Below are positions 27,010 through 35,235 of a stretch of 36,918 nucleotides of DNA, in pieces; the first letter of the stretch is position 1; each line of letters starts with the position of its first letter. The position numbers and the translations under genes were made by a program. Origin of the DNA: a virus (lineage: Duplodnaviria > Caudoviricetes); IMG/VR virus record IMGVR_UViG_3300037420_000901, positions 1-36,918 of that record; one strand, 5' to 3'. The notes beneath the pieces were generated by a model. The model ran no database searches and had not been told where the DNA came from. It was given only the letters and a program-made list of their open reading frames with translations.

Positions 27010-27291
27010 ATGTACAACACAATGGAAAAACTGCTAGTCATTATGGAGGACCAAAAGGCTTATGGCCGGGCACGGCAAAACTTGGAGGAACGGCTTTCTC
27101 CTAATCCTCTCCAAACTAAATACAACGGGCGGAAGGTTTATTGTGAGGGTTATGGATGGGGAACCATCTACGGAGGATATCTTAACCCAGACAACCACAC
27201 ATTCATCTTCTCGGCTTTCCATATCAAATTCGCTAATGGCACTTATACAACACTCCCGGTACACACGATAGTTAAAATGGCAAGGTCATAA
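27010..27291 (+). CDS. Hypothetical protein
   Basis: GGAGGT RBS; terminator follows. Confidence 0.75.
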   Translation: MYNTMEKLLVIMEDQKAYGRARQNLEERLSPNPLQTKYNGRKVYCEGYGWGTIYGGYLNPDNHTFIFSAFHIKFANGTYTTLPVHTIVKMARS

Positions 27292-27297
27292 ATAACT

Positions 27298-27319
27298 GCC
27301 CTCTTCGGAGGGCTTTTTT
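27298..27319 (+). terminator. Rho-independent terminator with UUCG loop
   Basis: GCCCTC TTCG GAGGGC TTTTTT. Confidence 0.85.
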
Positions 27320-27780
27320 ATGTCAAGGCGGCGGACAGAACCGAAACAGCTTTTTCTAGATTTACTATCCACAGCGATCTACGTATGGGGTATAATAAAA
27401 TCAACCCGGAAGGTACACCAATAAATCCTACGGGCAAAAGATATCAACCTCCATAAAGCCCCTAACGTGTTCCCGGTTGGACAGAGAATAGTCCTTCATC
27501 GTTAGGGGCTGATTTTTGTATCAAAAACATTTCGATCTAGTATCTATAATACGCATCGCCACAGAGTCGCCTTCACGAATTTACCACTTTACCTCAGTGG
27601 GGAGCCACGAACTCGCCTTCACGACTGTAAAGGAGCGGGGCGGACGAGCCAGTGGGACGTTCCACATCCAGCCACAGATGTCAACCGTTCCACAGATATT
27701 CGGAGAGGTCAAGGCTTTAGGGCAAAATAAATAAATAAAAAATTTTCCTCCAAAGGGTATACATTCTCACTAATAACACA

Positions 27781-27826
27781 TATAATAGGTATTAGGAAGG
27801 CAAACCTTCCCCGGGCGGGAACCCGG
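27781..27826 (+). promoter_or_regulatory. Promoter/leader-hairpin module copy 8 (double hairpin)
   Basis: TATAAT-N5-TTAGG; GGAAGG CAAA CCTTCC then CCGGG CGGGAA CCCGG; A/T tract upstream. Confidence 0.7.
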
Positions 27827-27840
27827 TCATATTATGGAGG

Positions 27841-28713
27841 ATGGTAAAAATGGAAAATCAAAAGGGCATGGAACAGGCAATGGAAATTCTCGGGGATATT
27901 CTCCCGGAGGAAACTGGGGAAATCTTGGTAACACTCCCGGAGGCGGGCAAGGCAACAGGCAAGGCGGGCAAGGTGGGCAAGGTGGGCAAGGCAACAGGCA
28001 AGGCAACAGGCAAGGCGGATACGGGCAAGGCGGGAACGGATAAGGCGGGAACGGATAAGGAATTGGCGGAAACGGTCAAGGCTATCACGGAGGAAAAGGA
28101 ACAGGCAATAAAATTTATATATGGGGCAGGCGGGCAGGTATGGTCATCCTTCCCAATCCTCTTGGATAAAAAGGAAAACCCCTTCATTCTGGATATTATC
28201 AACAAAGGCATACAGGGCAACCCTAACGGGCAAACCTTGGAGGCATGGGCAAAGGCTAATGGTACGGTACACATTACGGCAATAAAAGGCGGGGAATGGA
28301 CTTTCTACATGGTCACTCTTCATCCGGTCAAACAAATTAACTACAAACCATGGGAACTACAATGGAACATGGGCGGGACTTCCAAATTGGCCTATAACTC
28401 CTATAAGGAATCGGCAACAGGCAAACAGGTTAAACCCGGGGAAATGGTCCTAACTAACATCACTTCCAATCTAGGCAAGGCAATCCATCAGGCAAAGGCT
28501 TTAGGCAAGGTTTTTCAAATGGACTATACTCCATCCAAACAGGCGGAAAAACACTACTACAAATGGGACGGAAAAAGGGAAACCATTCAGGCATACGGTA
28601 ACAACTCACATCTCCCAATCCAAGGCAAGGTATATAAATCCTTGGAGGAAATAACTGGGGCAAAAATGGCAACATTCCAAAACTGGGCCGGGATACTTGG
28701 GGAAATAAAATAG
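27841..28713 (+). CDS. Hypothetical 290-aa protein (start may be ATG 27850) encoded without any isolated G
   Basis: Long ORF with GGAGG RBS; GKA/GKV repeat linker; no recognisable family. Confidence 0.8.
   Translation: MVKMENQKGMEQAMEILGDILPEETGEILVTLPEAGKATGKAGKVGKVGKATGKATGKADTGKAGTDKAGTDKELAETVKAITEEKEQAIKFIYGAGGQVWSSFPILLDKKENPFILDIINKGIQGNPNGQTLEAWAKANGTVHITAIKGGEWTFYMVTLHPVKQINYKPWELQWNMGGTSKLAYNSYKESATGKQVKPGEMVLTNITSNLGKAIHQAKALGKVFQMDYTPSKQAEKHYYKWDGKRETIQAYGNNSHLPIQGKVYKSLEEITGAKMATFQNWAGILGEIK
27943..28060 (+). repeat. Degenerate GGCAAG-based tandem repeats encoding a GKA/GKV/GTDK linker
   Basis: GGGCAAGGC/GGGCAAGGT/GGCAACAGGCAA units and two copies of AAGGCGGGAACGGAT. Confidence 0.8.
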
Positions 28714-28769
28714 GCAAGGCGGGAGGGGGTAACTCCTCCCTAAACTATAAACTTTACAGGAGGAAAAAA

Positions 28770-28958
28770 ATGGATACTACATTAAGGCGGGCTATGGTAC
28801 TAACAGGGCTATGGGAATACATTTCGGAAAATGGCAATCCCTCTACTATGGAATGGTTGGACGGTCTTTTTCTTCAACTCCAAACTGGGGATATATCTCC
28901 GGAGGAAATGGGGCAGGAAATCGGTAAAATTATTATAGGCATGGAATTACCCATTTAA
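28770..28958 (+). CDS. Small acidic hypothetical protein, also free of isolated G
   Basis: AGGAGG RBS; followed by a terminator. Confidence 0.75.
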   Translation: MDTTLRRAMVLTGLWEYISENGNPSTMEWLDGLFLQLQTGDISPEEMGQEIGKIIIGMELPI

Positions 28959-28962
28959 TACC

Positions 28963-29000
28963 AAAAAGACCGGGAGGGAAAAATTCTCCCGGTCTTTTTT
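28963..29000 (+). terminator. Strong, possibly bidirectional terminator
   Basis: AAAAAGACCGGGAG-loop-CTCCCGGTCTTTTTT. Confidence 0.85.
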
Positions 29001-29212
29001 ATTTCCCAAAATTATTTCCTCACCCACCTTCAAAATTTTTCCAACCCACCAGTGGGAGTACTTACTGTCATTGCAAAACCAAAATTACGAAACCCTCGCT
29101 TCTGAACCGGGGCAGGACCTACCCTTGATTAACACCATTATAGACGTATAGTACAAGCCACATGTATAATAAGTGGTATAAGCTGTAAAACTCAAGGCGG
29201 GGAGGGGAACCC

Positions 29213-30988
29213 ATGACTACAATACTCGATGACTCCCAAAGGAAAAAACCCAAACGAGTCCGAACCAAACATAAAGAGGCGGTCAGGGAACAGAATAAAG
29301 CCAAAGAACAGAAGGCAGGAGGGATACCCTCTTTAGGTGAACTCGATGCCAATACCATACAGGATTATGGGGATACCAAGGCGGTCGAATTAGCGGAGGA
29401 GCTTAAAAATCGTAGTGGTGCAAAGAACGTATTAGCCAAGGCGGATACTCAACTAAAGGATTTAGTCGATAAGATACTGTTGTACTGTGAGACACAGGCG
29501 GACACGAAGTTGCACGAATACCAACAGGTATTTGGGTGGCGCATCATCGAGTGTTTGGTGACTAATTCAGGGGATGAATTAACGGCCCTGTTTTCTAGAC
29601 AATCGGGTAAAACAGAAACCTTGGGTGTTGTTATCCCGGGGTGTATGGTGTTGCTTCCTATACTGGCGAAAATGTTGCCGGATATGTATGCTTTGTCGAT
29701 GTATGCGAAGGGGTTTTGGGTGGGGATATTTGCTCCTTCTAATGAACAAGCGTATACGGCGTTTACTCGTGTGCGGGAGAAGATTCGGAATAATAATGCG
29801 AAGATGGTTATGAATGACCCGGAGATTGATACGGATTTTGAGAATGAAAAAGGGAATCCGATGGTGTTGACGAATGGCTCTCTTTGTAGGATGCAGTCGG
29901 CGGCGAAGCAATCCCAAATCGAGTCGAAGTCCTATCATATGGTTCTGATCGATGAGTGTCAGGACGTTGATAATACGAAGATCAAGAAATCCATTCATCC
30001 GATGTTGGCGGCGTATAATGGGCTGATTATTAAGATCGGTACCTCTAATACGAAGAAGTCGGATTTTTATGATGCGATTCGGCGGAATATTCGGCAGGAG
30101 CAACATTACGGGGCGAAGCAGAATCACTTCCAGTATGACTATAAAACGGTTCAGAAATACAACCCGAAGTATAAGGCTTACATAGAAAAAGAGATTGAAC
30201 GCTTGGGATACGACAGTGACGAATTTAGGATGGCGTATCGTTTGCACTTTATCCTTGAGCGCGGGATGTTTATGACCCAAGAGGAGTTTGAGGAGACATT
30301 TCTTTCTCCTTCTCTAAAGCATAAAACGGAGGAAATGATGTTGCCGTGTGCGGTGGGGATTGACGTTGCGAAATCTTCTGACTCTACGGTGGTTACGGTT
30401 TTGGCGGTGGACTGGTCGAATATGTACAAGAATGAGCAGACCGGGGAGGAGATTCCGCATAAGTATATCTTGAACTGGTTGGAGCTTCAAGGGGAGGGAC
30501 ACGAGGAGCAGTTTTGGCAGATCGTGGACTTTCTGAAAAACTACAATGTACAAACGATCTTTGTCGATAGTACGGGTATGGGTGACCCGGTGGCAGACCG
30601 TTTTGCGGCTTACTACTCGGGACAAGCTCATGTGGAGGGGTATCAGTTTACCCGGCCTTCCAAGTCGGTTATGTGGAAATCGCTTTATCAGGAAATAACG
30701 GGCGGGCGGCTAAAGGCTCCGGGACATCCAAGGGCGCAAAGGTTACGGCCGTGGATGAAATTCCGTTCGCAAATGCTGGATTTGGAGAAAGACTATATTG
30801 GACAATTCATGGTCTGTCAGCACCCGGATATCAAGGGCGCACATGATGACTTTTGTGACTCTTTAGGTTTGGCGAATTTGGCGGCGATGTCTAATTATAT
30901 GCCGGAGGTACGGGAGGAGCATAATCCGTTCTATCCAACAAGCCGGGCATCGACAGAGGAGCGACTGTTCGGAAGGTGGCGTAGATAA
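29213..30988 (+). CDS. Terminase large subunit
   Basis: Walker A SRQSGKTE, Walker B VLIDECQD, nuclease motifs VGIDVAK, VDSTGMGD, HDDFCDS; upstream of portal. Confidence 0.92.
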   Translation: MTTILDDSQRKKPKRVRTKHKEAVREQNKAKEQKAGGIPSLGELDANTIQDYGDTKAVELAEELKNRSGAKNVLAKADTQLKDLVDKILLYCETQADTKLHEYQQVFGWRIIECLVTNSGDELTALFSRQSGKTETLGVVIPGCMVLLPILAKMLPDMYALSMYAKGFWVGIFAPSNEQAYTAFTRVREKIRNNNAKMVMNDPEIDTDFENEKGNPMVLTNGSLCRMQSAAKQSQIESKSYHMVLIDECQDVDNTKIKKSIHPMLAAYNGLIIKIGTSNTKKSDFYDAIRRNIRQEQHYGAKQNHFQYDYKTVQKYNPKYKAYIEKEIERLGYDSDEFRMAYRLHFILERGMFMTQEEFEETFLSPSLKHKTEEMMLPCAVGIDVAKSSDSTVVTVLAVDWSNMYKNEQTGEEIPHKYILNWLELQGEGHEEQFWQIVDFLKNYNVQTIFVDSTGMGDPVADRFAAYYSGQAHVEGYQFTRPSKSVMWKSLYQEITGGRLKAPGHPRAQRLRPWMKFRSQMLDLEKDYIGQFMVCQHPDIKGAHDDFCDSLGLANLAAMSNYMPEVREEHNPFYPTSRASTEERLFGRWRR

Positions 30989-30989
30989 T

Positions 30990-31184
30990 ATGGGGATATG
31001 GGTTGGGGTAGGTTGTAAATTTACGAACTGTATCCATAATACCGGGGAGGACGAGGCTTTGGTACCGAGCAAACGGAAACGTTGCCGGATGCGTCGGCCC
31101 CGGTTGGTCAAGGATAAGGAAACCGGAGATTTGATTTACTGCCTAGATGAAGTGGATTATCGGGAGTTTAATAAAATACGTTGA
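30990..31184 (+). CDS. Small hypothetical protein
   Basis: Directly follows terL; CxxxxCxH motif. Confidence 0.5.
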   Translation: MGIWVGVGCKFTNCIHNTGEDEALVPSKRKRCRMRRPRLVKDKETGDLIYCLDEVDYREFNKIR

Positions 31185-31224
31185 AATTCCTTCCATTGAA
31201 TCGGGTATACTAGGAGGAAAGGCT

Positions 31225-31437
31225 ATGGAAGGTGGAATGACTATGTTGGCGTTTGCCAAGGTCGCTTTCATTATTACTTTTCTATTGGTATTCTTCGGCG
31301 TATTTAATTCGGGCACGGCTTTCCTATGGATAACGGCGGCGGGGTTGTTGTTTGGTGGAAAGGGTGGGGGATTGGCTTCGGCCTCCGGCTCTCTTGTAGG
31401 AATACTATTTATGGCGGTCCTGTCTATATTTATATAA
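31225..31437 (+). CDS. Small membrane protein
   Basis: AGGAGG RBS; two to three hydrophobic segments. Confidence 0.6.
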   Translation: MEGGMTMLAFAKVAFIITFLLVFFGVFNSGTAFLWITAAGLLFGGKGGGLASASGSLVGILFMAVLSIFI

Positions 31438-31639
31438 AATACTAGGTAAAAGTCTTGTCTTCCTTTAGTTGGCATGGTATTATGGACTTGTACAACTTAT
31501 ATTGCTTATAACATATAATGCTCTCCTTCCCATACACAGATTAAACAAGGCACATTGATAACGATTATTCGCTATCGGTGTGCCTTTTTCTGTGTCTTGG
31601 GAAGGTTGACATTGAATTTAACTGAAAGGGTGATCGACT

Positions 31640-31822
31640 ATGGCAGGACGTTTGGGCGGTAACGCACCTAAAAGCATTGGTAAACACTACACGCAGTCGG
31701 CTTCTGATGTACCAAGTGCTATGAAATCCAACTTCTCTACGGGTCAGTCTTGGGCAACCTCTCGCCAACATCCGACTGACAAGAATCCCGACATCTCGAA
31801 GAATACTTCGGCGGGTAGCTAA
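31640..31822 (+). CDS. Small hypothetical protein, possibly virion-associated
   Basis: AAAGGGTG RBS; first gene of the head operon. Confidence 0.65.
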   Translation: MAGRLGGNAPKSIGKHYTQSASDVPSAMKSNFSTGQSWATSRQHPTDKNPDISKNTSAGS

Positions 31823-32115
31823 TGTCGGATAATCCGTCATTGGATAATCAGTCTCTTGGAGGCGGGATAATCCTCCCGCCCTCGGAGGCAGATTACCGCC
31901 GCATGTGGGAACAGCAATCAAAGCAAATGAAACCGCAGGATATTGAGAGGGAGTCCGAACGAAATAAACGGGCCGCCCGAAGACAAGTCTTCCAAGAAGC
32001 TGTACAAGCGGCGGTAGCGGTGAAGGACTCGCGGTTGATTGATGTTTTCCATTCAAATGTGAATATTACTGAACCTTCTAAACAAACCAAGAGACAAAGC
32101 AAAAGAAAGGGGTAG
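31822..32115 (+). CDS. Hypothetical protein
   Basis: TAATG coupling; basic C-terminus. Confidence 0.65.
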   Translation: MSDNPSLDNQSLGGGIILPPSEADYRRMWEQQSKQMKPQDIERESERNKRAARRQVFQEAVQAAVAVKDSRLIDVFHSNVNITEPSKQTKRQSKRKG

Positions 32116-32121
32116 TTTCGG

Positions 32122-33648
32122 ATGGCAGACCCTTATATCTCGGGACTATCCATTTCTAATTCCAACCTTGCGGGCAATCCGTATACGCTTCAAGCGGGCA
32201 TTTCGGCGGATGATATGAAACGTGTCAACCAAGAGCTTCAATATTGGAAGTTTTACAAGGGAGATCATTGGTCGTATAAACGGCCGGATGGCGAACCTCA
32301 AAATACCCTCAACTATTCCGCCCGCTTTGTAGATAAGAGTGTGGCTTTCCTTATGGGGAAGGGCTTCACGATTAATGTAGAGAAAGGCGCGGAGGATATT
32401 GTAAAACGGCCTTTAGATGAAGTATGGGATGACAACCAACGTGAATTACTCGGCTTAGAAATGGGACAGGCCGGAGGGGTATCGGGTAACGCTTGGATTA
32501 AGGTCGTTGTTCAGGAGTATGATTCTGAGGATGACCCAGTTATGGCGGAACTTTTCCCTAAAGGACGGATACGTTTGCTTCTTCTTCCCGGACATGCTTG
32601 TTTCCCGGAATGGAATCAGCATGATAAAGACCGGATGGAGAGAATCAAAATTATCTACCCGATCTTACAGGATATTCCCGGTAAGCCGGGGCAAAAGGAA
32701 ATCTTGTGGTTCCGGGAGGATATCGACCGTAAGGAAATCGTTCAATACCTCAATAGTGAGGAGATTGATCGGCGGCCGAATGACTTGGGAGAAATCCCAG
32801 TGGTCCGGGCGAAGAACATTCTAGTAGCTAACGAGTCTTTAGGTAAATCCGATCTTCAAGACATTATGACCATTAACCGGGAATTTAACGAGAAGACTAC
32901 GGATGTATCGGACATCATTAATTATCATGCGGCTCCTATTACGTTGATATTCGGCGCAAAGTCGAACAATCTCTCTAAAGGTGCTAACAAGGTATGGGGT
33001 GGACTTCCTAAAGACGCGAAGGTTGAGAACTTGGAACTGAAATCGGACTTGGCTTCTTCTATGGCTTATATCGAGCTACTTAAGAAATCCTTGTTTGAGA
33101 TCGGTAATATGCCGGAAGATGCTTTCGGAGCATCCACTAATGTTTCCAATACATCAGGTGTTGCCCTACATATCAAGAATCAGCCCTTAATGGACTTAAC
33201 TAATATGAAGCGGCTTACCTACGGGGAAGCGATTGAGCAAATTAACCGCATTATTGTGAAATACTTGTACCTTTACGGAATGAATGACTTTGAAAAAGAG
33301 AAATTCGATGGGTTAACCCCGCGCCAAAAGTGGGTGTACTCAACGGCTTTCCCAAGCCCTCTTCCGAAGGACGAGCTTATCCAGATGCAACTTATTGCTC
33401 AAAAACTTACTCTCCAACTTACTACCCGTATCGATGCGCTTAAGGAATTGGGCGAACGGGACGCGGCCGGGAAGCTGGAAGAAATCAAGAAAGAGTTTGT
33501 CGAATGGCAGAGTCTTATGTTTGAGACTCAGGCCGAATATACCGAGAACTCTAACGGCAACACCACCCTCAAACGAAAAGGTGCATTGTCTACGAATGTC
33601 GGAGGCATTGTTCCTAAGTTTGAACAAGCTGGCGGGGAGACTCCTTAA
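32122..33648 (+). CDS. Portal protein (SPP1 gp6-like)
   Basis: FYKGDH, NYSARFVDKSVAFLMGKG, NDLGEIPVV, GKSDLQDI, SGVAL, PLPKDE; size and position. Confidence 0.9.
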   Translation: MADPYISGLSISNSNLAGNPYTLQAGISADDMKRVNQELQYWKFYKGDHWSYKRPDGEPQNTLNYSARFVDKSVAFLMGKGFTINVEKGAEDIVKRPLDEVWDDNQRELLGLEMGQAGGVSGNAWIKVVVQEYDSEDDPVMAELFPKGRIRLLLLPGHACFPEWNQHDKDRMERIKIIYPILQDIPGKPGQKEILWFREDIDRKEIVQYLNSEEIDRRPNDLGEIPVVRAKNILVANESLGKSDLQDIMTINREFNEKTTDVSDIINYHAAPITLIFGAKSNNLSKGANKVWGGLPKDAKVENLELKSDLASSMAYIELLKKSLFEIGNMPEDAFGASTNVSNTSGVALHIKNQPLMDLTNMKRLTYGEAIEQINRIIVKYLYLYGMNDFEKEKFDGLTPRQKWVYSTAFPSPLPKDELIQMQLIAQKLTLQLTTRIDALKELGERDAAGKLEEIKKEFVEWQSLMFETQAEYTENSNGNTTLKRKGALSTNVGGIVPKFEQAGGETP

Positions 33649-34391
33649 TGAAGACAAATCCAGTAACTCATTACATCCGAAAAGTACTACGGTCCTACGA
33701 AGAACTTCTTGGACAGTATGGGGAACGGGCCAAACTTCCGCTTAAGAATGTCGATAGGGTTACGGTTTTTAATCAATCGTATCTTATGGCGCATTATACC
33801 CGGCTGACTCATGATCTTGGGGATAAAACCCGGTCGTTTATCGTTGAAGCGGTATTTGAAGTGGTACAAGCTACTTTGAATATCTACAATGAGAAGCATC
33901 GGCGGGCGGGAAGGGAACCTTTAGGCGATGAAGAACTGTCTAAACTCCAATGGGAAATCCTTAAGGACTTCCTTACAACCGAGTTTAAGGGCCGGACACT
34001 AGATGCCCGGATAACCCACGCGACACATCGGTTAATGGCAAACCTTCATCCTATCCTTCAACAATACGCCATGGACTCGCTAGACGGTAGCTTGGCGGCC
34101 GCCTTCATGGGTCGGTACTTCACAGGGAAAACACAAATTCCCGGCGGAACGGCGGCAAGGTGGAACGGCCGATTAATCGTTTCCGAACTCTTTAGGGCTT
34201 ATCAATACGCGGCTAAGGAAATCCTTATCCGGCTGGATGTCCCTAAAGTACAGTGGGCAAACACCAAAAAACATACGAATCCAAACATAACCGATGAATA
34301 CGCAGCAACTACATACACTCCTCGACAAATCCCGGAATACCCACATCCACTCAATGATTCATTCTTTGTACCCATTTATGAGGAGGAATAG
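33648..34391 (+). CDS. Probable minor head / head morphogenesis protein
   Basis: Between portal and scaffold; RLIVSELFRAY and PEYPHPLN resemble a degenerate gp7/MuF-like motif. Confidence 0.6.
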   Translation: MKTNPVTHYIRKVLRSYEELLGQYGERAKLPLKNVDRVTVFNQSYLMAHYTRLTHDLGDKTRSFIVEAVFEVVQATLNIYNEKHRRAGREPLGDEELSKLQWEILKDFLTTEFKGRTLDARITHATHRLMANLHPILQQYAMDSLDGSLAAAFMGRYFTGKTQIPGGTAARWNGRLIVSELFRAYQYAAKEILIRLDVPKVQWANTKKHTNPNITDEYAATTYTPRQIPEYPHPLNDSFFVPIYEEE

Positions 34392-34394
34392 GAC

Positions 34395-35207
34395 ATGTTC
34401 AAGCGTAACGGCTTTAACAAAGAATCGAACACAGTAAAATACCCGCTAGTATTGAACCTACAGCATTTTGCAGAGGGCGACCCACCCCAAGACCCTCCGG
34501 CCCCACAAGACCCACCCGTTGACCCACCCGTAAATACTCCGGCCCCTATTACTATCGATCAGGTAATTTCGTTCCTTGGGAACGCTTCGGCGGATACGCT
34601 GTTCAAAATCCCGGCGGTAAAACGCTTGGTGGAGAACGCCCGCACAGAGGAAAAAGACAAGCTGTATAAAACAGTTGAGTCTAAGGATGCAAAGATCAGG
34701 AAACTCGAAGAGGATTTGGTTGTTGCTACTAATCTTCTGAAAGACAAGGAAAACAACAATCTCTCCGAGCAGGAAGTTCTTCAACGCCATGTGGCGGCTT
34801 TAGAAACTCAGATCAAAACACTTACGGATTCAATCGAAGCGGAGCGTTCGGCGGCGGCCGAGGAAAAGCGCAAAGCTACGTTTGAAGCATATAAGCAAAC
34901 ACGGCTTCGTGAACTGGCGGAGGCTGGAACTGAGTATCTTCCCGATCTTCTTAGTGGAAACACGGAAGAAGAATTTGACGCTTCAATCACAAAGGCTACG
35001 GCTCGTTATGCGGAGATCAAGGCTCAACTTCTTAAGGATACGAAGCCAAACACACCACCTAAACCCAGCACTCCTTCCGTTACAAATCCATCCGCGTCTA
35101 ACACTAAGAGCTTGACTATGGAAGATATCAAGAGGATGTCCCCGGCGGAATACGCGAAACACCGTGAAAAGGTTCTGGCAGAAGCCAAAAAAGGCAATTT
35201 AGACTAA
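34395..35207 (+). CDS. Capsid scaffolding protein
   Basis: LNLQHFAEG N-terminal motif, Pro-rich linker, long coiled coil; directly upstream of the MCP. Confidence 0.85.
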   Translation: MFKRNGFNKESNTVKYPLVLNLQHFAEGDPPQDPPAPQDPPVDPPVNTPAPITIDQVISFLGNASADTLFKIPAVKRLVENARTEEKDKLYKTVESKDAKIRKLEEDLVVATNLLKDKENNNLSEQEVLQRHVAALETQIKTLTDSIEAERSAAAEEKRKATFEAYKQTRLRELAEAGTEYLPDLLSGNTEEEFDASITKATARYAEIKAQLLKDTKPNTPPKPSTPSVTNPSASNTKSLTMEDIKRMSPAEYAKHREKVLAEAKKGNLD

Positions 35208-35235
35208 ACTCGATTCCGAAAGGGAGGAATAAACG

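Noticed and set aside
27834-28043. Gly/Gln/Asn-rich 69-aa ORF
   Set aside because: Alternate-frame shadow of the GG-rich repeats in 27841-28713; its ATG overlaps the RBS of the real gene.
29579-30280. 233-aa minus-strand ORF inside terL
   Set aside because: Explained by G/T-ending codons removing reverse stops; the translation is low-complexity I/R/H-rich.
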